Below, in pieces: positions 61,401 to 64,000 of a DNA stretch of 64,000 nucleotides. The DNA is from Raillietiella orientalis (Eukaryota). Where the stretch lies: positions 1,178,001 through 1,242,000 of the forward strand of contig JAYWIR010000034.1 of assembly GCA_036172245.1 (NCBI GenBank), read 5' to 3'. How positions within the stretch are numbered: the first letter of the stretch is position 1; each line of letters begins with the position of its first letter. The translations under genes were made by a program, and so were the position numbers. The notes under the pieces were generated by a model, which searched no databases, was not told the DNA's origin, and worked only from the letters and a program-made list of their open reading frames with translations.

Positions 61401-63481
61401 GAATCTCGGGAATCAAGCTGAACAAGCATCAACAGAGTCTCAGGATCTCTCCTCGACCTTCGGCATGACCGCGCCTTTTCCGTTTGAGGCGAAAAGTCTT
61501 GAAAGTGATTCCATGTTTTCCGCACCCAAGAAACGCAGATCTCGAGAGATACGTGGGTCGATGAGGTCACCAGGTGACATTTCTCCCGAGATCTTGAACT
61601 AGAGTTCCGAACCGGACCCGACTCAATACTTCCGAATGCTGCTGCTGATTTATTTCTCCTCCTCTTTCCATCGACTTTCTCTTGTTTTCTTCCCCCTCTC
61701 CATTCCGAGTCTGCAAAAAACACCTCACCGTGCTTTTTCTTTTGCCCGAAGAAGAGCTGCTCCGTTTGCACATTTCTCTTCGCTGTGCTCACCTCAAGGT
61801 CGCCCATCTGCTCTGCGGAAAGCAAGGAGGAAAAGAAAACATTCTTTTTCGCCGCTTCTCTCAAGTCGCCTGCATCTCCGATCGGCAGCGCTTGCTTATG
61901 AGTCTTCGGACCCTTAGGACATACGCGAAAAAGTGTTCCAGGTGTTTCATTACTTCCTAGGCTTGAAATGGACCTTTATCCATCCTATACTTTTTATCCA
62001 TCCACCTTACTTTCCTTCTTTCCTTCACCTCTTTCCTCGATGGCTCTGTAGGTCACGTGATGAAGGGCGGACAGTTACGACGACTGCGCTCGGCCGTCTT
62101 ACGGCCGCAAATGAGGTCTTCCTCGAATGTGTGCTCAGGAGGTGGACGGATGAGGGTCCCCGGAGATCTTTCGAAACCTACGCGCTTTTTGAGCCGCATG
62201 CTACCCTTCGAAGCATCTCCGGATCTGTAACTTCCTAAGAGTTGCTGTAGAAGGCGGTGCAATGCACGGCGCTCCGCCGACGACTGCTTGACTCAAAGCA
62301 CACGTGACCAGTGGCAGCACAAGATGCTGGCGCGAAGAACGTCGCTCTTTCGCCACCCGCTCCCGAATGTTCAGGCTCCGTTCGAGACTCTCCATTGTCC
62401 TCTTTCCGTTCGATCGGGAGACCTGGAATTGCTCCCACCTCTGCAGGGAAGCGCTTCCCGTTGGCAATCAGGTGCTGCGAGGAACAGTATCCCGATCCAC
62501 ACTTGAGGACGGACTATGGGATGCAATGATCTCGGTGCGCGCAGCTCTAAGACATCTGCGACAGAAGAGCCGGGGTAGAAGGGGGAAGGAGGTTCTCTAC
62601 TGGAAGGGATGACTCTCCTCCACTATGGGAGAAGGAACGGACGCCCTCGATGAGTACTCAACCTCGAGGAAACGGCCAACCCTTAAATAGGAGGTGGCGA
62701 ATTGCGACGTGCATTAGGGTAGTCCGGTTCGGAGTTTTCATCGGGTGGCGACGGTGTGCTTTCCGGCGAAACATTGGGACTCGCCTGTAGTTTCTTCTTC
62801 CGCCACTGTTGACGCTGCTGTCCACCGTCACTGTTTTTTTGTCCCGTTCAGCTGCAGTTCCGCACCTTCGTCGTCGTCGGACCATCAGGTGAACTCTTTC
62901 GTCGATCCCTACAAGCCGAGGTCGCAGTTTCTGAAGACGCAGAAGAATTTCTTCAACCAGAAAGAAGCATCTCGCATCGACGTAGTAAATCCTACTCACT
63001 GCTCCAGCTTTGCGTCCCACATGCACCATTACAAGAGCGAGTACGCAGGTACGTGGAGTTCCTGGAAGACTGCAGCTGCCGTTCTTCCCGCGAAACCTCT
63101 CTCGCTCCTCTTCTTCAAGCAGTGGACATCCCACACATCAACCCGATGGAGTACCCTGGCAATGACTACAAGCAGAGCTTCAACCAGTCGGCCTTCTCCC
63201 ACAGGAGTCTGCCTCCCTCTTTCTTCTACAATGACTGCCTGAAGACGGCGGCGGGCTCCAAGTCTTTCCTCGGGGAGAGGGAGGACCGGTAAACTCAACT
63301 GTCCTGGGGGGAAACGCACGGTTTAACTCATTCAATCCCCATCCTTCCTTCCCCTTTCCCCTCCTTGCAGCAACCACTACCAGCGATCGAATCGAAGGGA
63401 CGGGAAGGAGCTTCTCCAGTGTCCTACTCCCGGGTGTGATGGAATGGGCCACATAACAGGGAACTACGCCACTCACAGAAG
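58262..63481 (+). CDS. Myt1: MYT1/MYT1L/ST18-family (NZF) CCHHC zinc-finger transcription factor, multi-exon, 3'-partial (join 58262-58439,58505-59444,60019-60306,62852-63048,63123-63288,63371-63481; ~626 codons in window)
   Basis: The last exon encodes [25 protein letters not shown], the hallmark MYT1-type C-X4-C-X4-H-X7-H-X5-C finger (completed in the next exon). The first exon encodes a divergent finger [27 protein letters not shown]. All five introns (65, 574, 2545, 74, 82 nt) are GT-AG with pyrimidine tracts and matching phases (1,2,2,1,2). An acidic tract follows finger 1, as in vertebrate MYT1/MYT1L. The true start may lie in an upstream exon. Confidence 0.9.
58505..59444 (+). CDS. Myt1: Myt1-like exon B (low-complexity poly-P, poly-D, His/Gln, poly-A; LLDLS motif)
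   Basis: Acceptor ccgtctcccggcag| in phase 1 matches exon A; donor GACAG|gtactc. Frame of ORF 58282..59682, with C/G-ending codons. Confidence 0.82.
58648..59151 (+). repeat. Coding trinucleotide repeats: P17 (58648-58698), D12 (58888-58923), His/Gln run, A10 (59122-59151)
   Basis: (CCN)n, (GAC)n, (CAG/CAC)n and (GCN)n runs read directly in exon B. Confidence 0.9.
60019..60306 (+). CDS. Myt1: Myt1-like exon C (contains AINLSTK)
   Basis: Acceptor ctcttctccacag|, donor GACAG|gtatgc, phase 2-2. Frame of ORF 59588..60613. NLST resembles the NLST motifs of MYT1-family central regions. Confidence 0.8.
62852..63048 (+). CDS. Myt1: Myt1-like exon D
   Basis: Acceptor ttttttgtcccgttcag| in phase 2 (an in-frame alternative CAG lies 6 nt downstream); donor GCAG|gtacgt. 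Frame of ORF 62745..63242. Confidence 0.75.
63123..63288 (+). CDS. Myt1: Myt1-like exon E
   Basis: Acceptor ctcttcttcaagcag| (NAGNAG) in phase 1; donor GACCG|gtaaac. Frame of ORF 63053..63292. Confidence 0.78.
63371..63481 (+). CDS. Myt1: Myt1-like exon F (N-terminal part of canonical CCHHC finger)
   Basis: Acceptor cctttcccctccttgcag|, donor AGAAG|gtaact. Translates [36 protein letters not shown](S). Too short to appear in the ORF track. Confidence 0.92.
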
Positions 63482-64000
63482 GTAACTTTGCGATCAGTGG
63501 CGTCCGTCCCCTCCATTCCTGGGGCTAACGTCCTCCGTTCCACCCAATCCAAACAGCTCATCTCGAAGCAGTCGAGCACTACGCCGAGGTCCCGGCTTGC
63601 GCGGATGATCTGACCTTGGACTTTTAGGAGTTCTTTTAGGATATCTTTCCACTCCTTTTCATTTTTTTTGTGGAACTTTTGATGATATCTTCCTTGCATC
63701 ACGTGGCAAGAAATGGGGCACTGCCTCTGGATCCCTTCTTGGGTGGACTCCGTAGATTCTGAATGAGGACATTGAGTATCCAGAAATTCTTCTCGAGTTT
63801 AGGCTTGGAATATCGAAAAGATTCCAGGACTCTACGTTTCCGTGAGGAGCACATGAAGAGGTAGTGCACGTGCTAAGTGTGCACAAGTCACGCAGACAAA
63901 TGCAGTCAGAAAGGGAAGGAGGACGGAAACATTTAGAAGAGAGCACGGAGTCCTCTTTTCCTTCGCTCCTCACATCGGAGGAGCACTGAGGCTGGTCCTG

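Noticed and set aside
63482..64000. Next Myt1 exon (expected to start ..LSGCP)
   Set aside because: No such coding sequence was seen before the end of the window; the region is treated as intron.

Overview
Eukaryotic, animal-like genomic DNA (short GT-AG introns; species not determinable from sequence alone). No bacterial operon, rRNA, intact tRNA or CRISPR array was seen. The only well-supported host gene is a MYT1/MYT1L/ST18 (NZF, CCHHC zinc-finger) family transcription factor on the + strand. Six phase-consistent exons were assembled by hand (58251-58439, 58505-59444, 60019-60306, 62852-63048, 63123-63288, 63371-63481), and the gene continues beyond the window. About 1-30 kb and 48-55 kb hold many decayed transposon relics: several L1/Tx1-type LINEs, a Ty3/Gypsy gag-protease, and RTE, CR1/L2, pogo, Tc1/mariner and possibly hAT fragments, all recognised by eye from broken motifs. 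About 31-48 kb is TE-poor, with GA/CT-tract-rich non-coding DNA that probably carries regulatory sequence or 5' introns. The most notable structures are a 579-bp almost perfect inverted repeat bracketing a long-dead LINE, a dense cluster of MYT1-type AAGTTT sites upstream of the gene, and a non-canonical first zinc finger. I found no convincing evidence of a wholly new multi-gene system. Most ORF-track entries are spurious.
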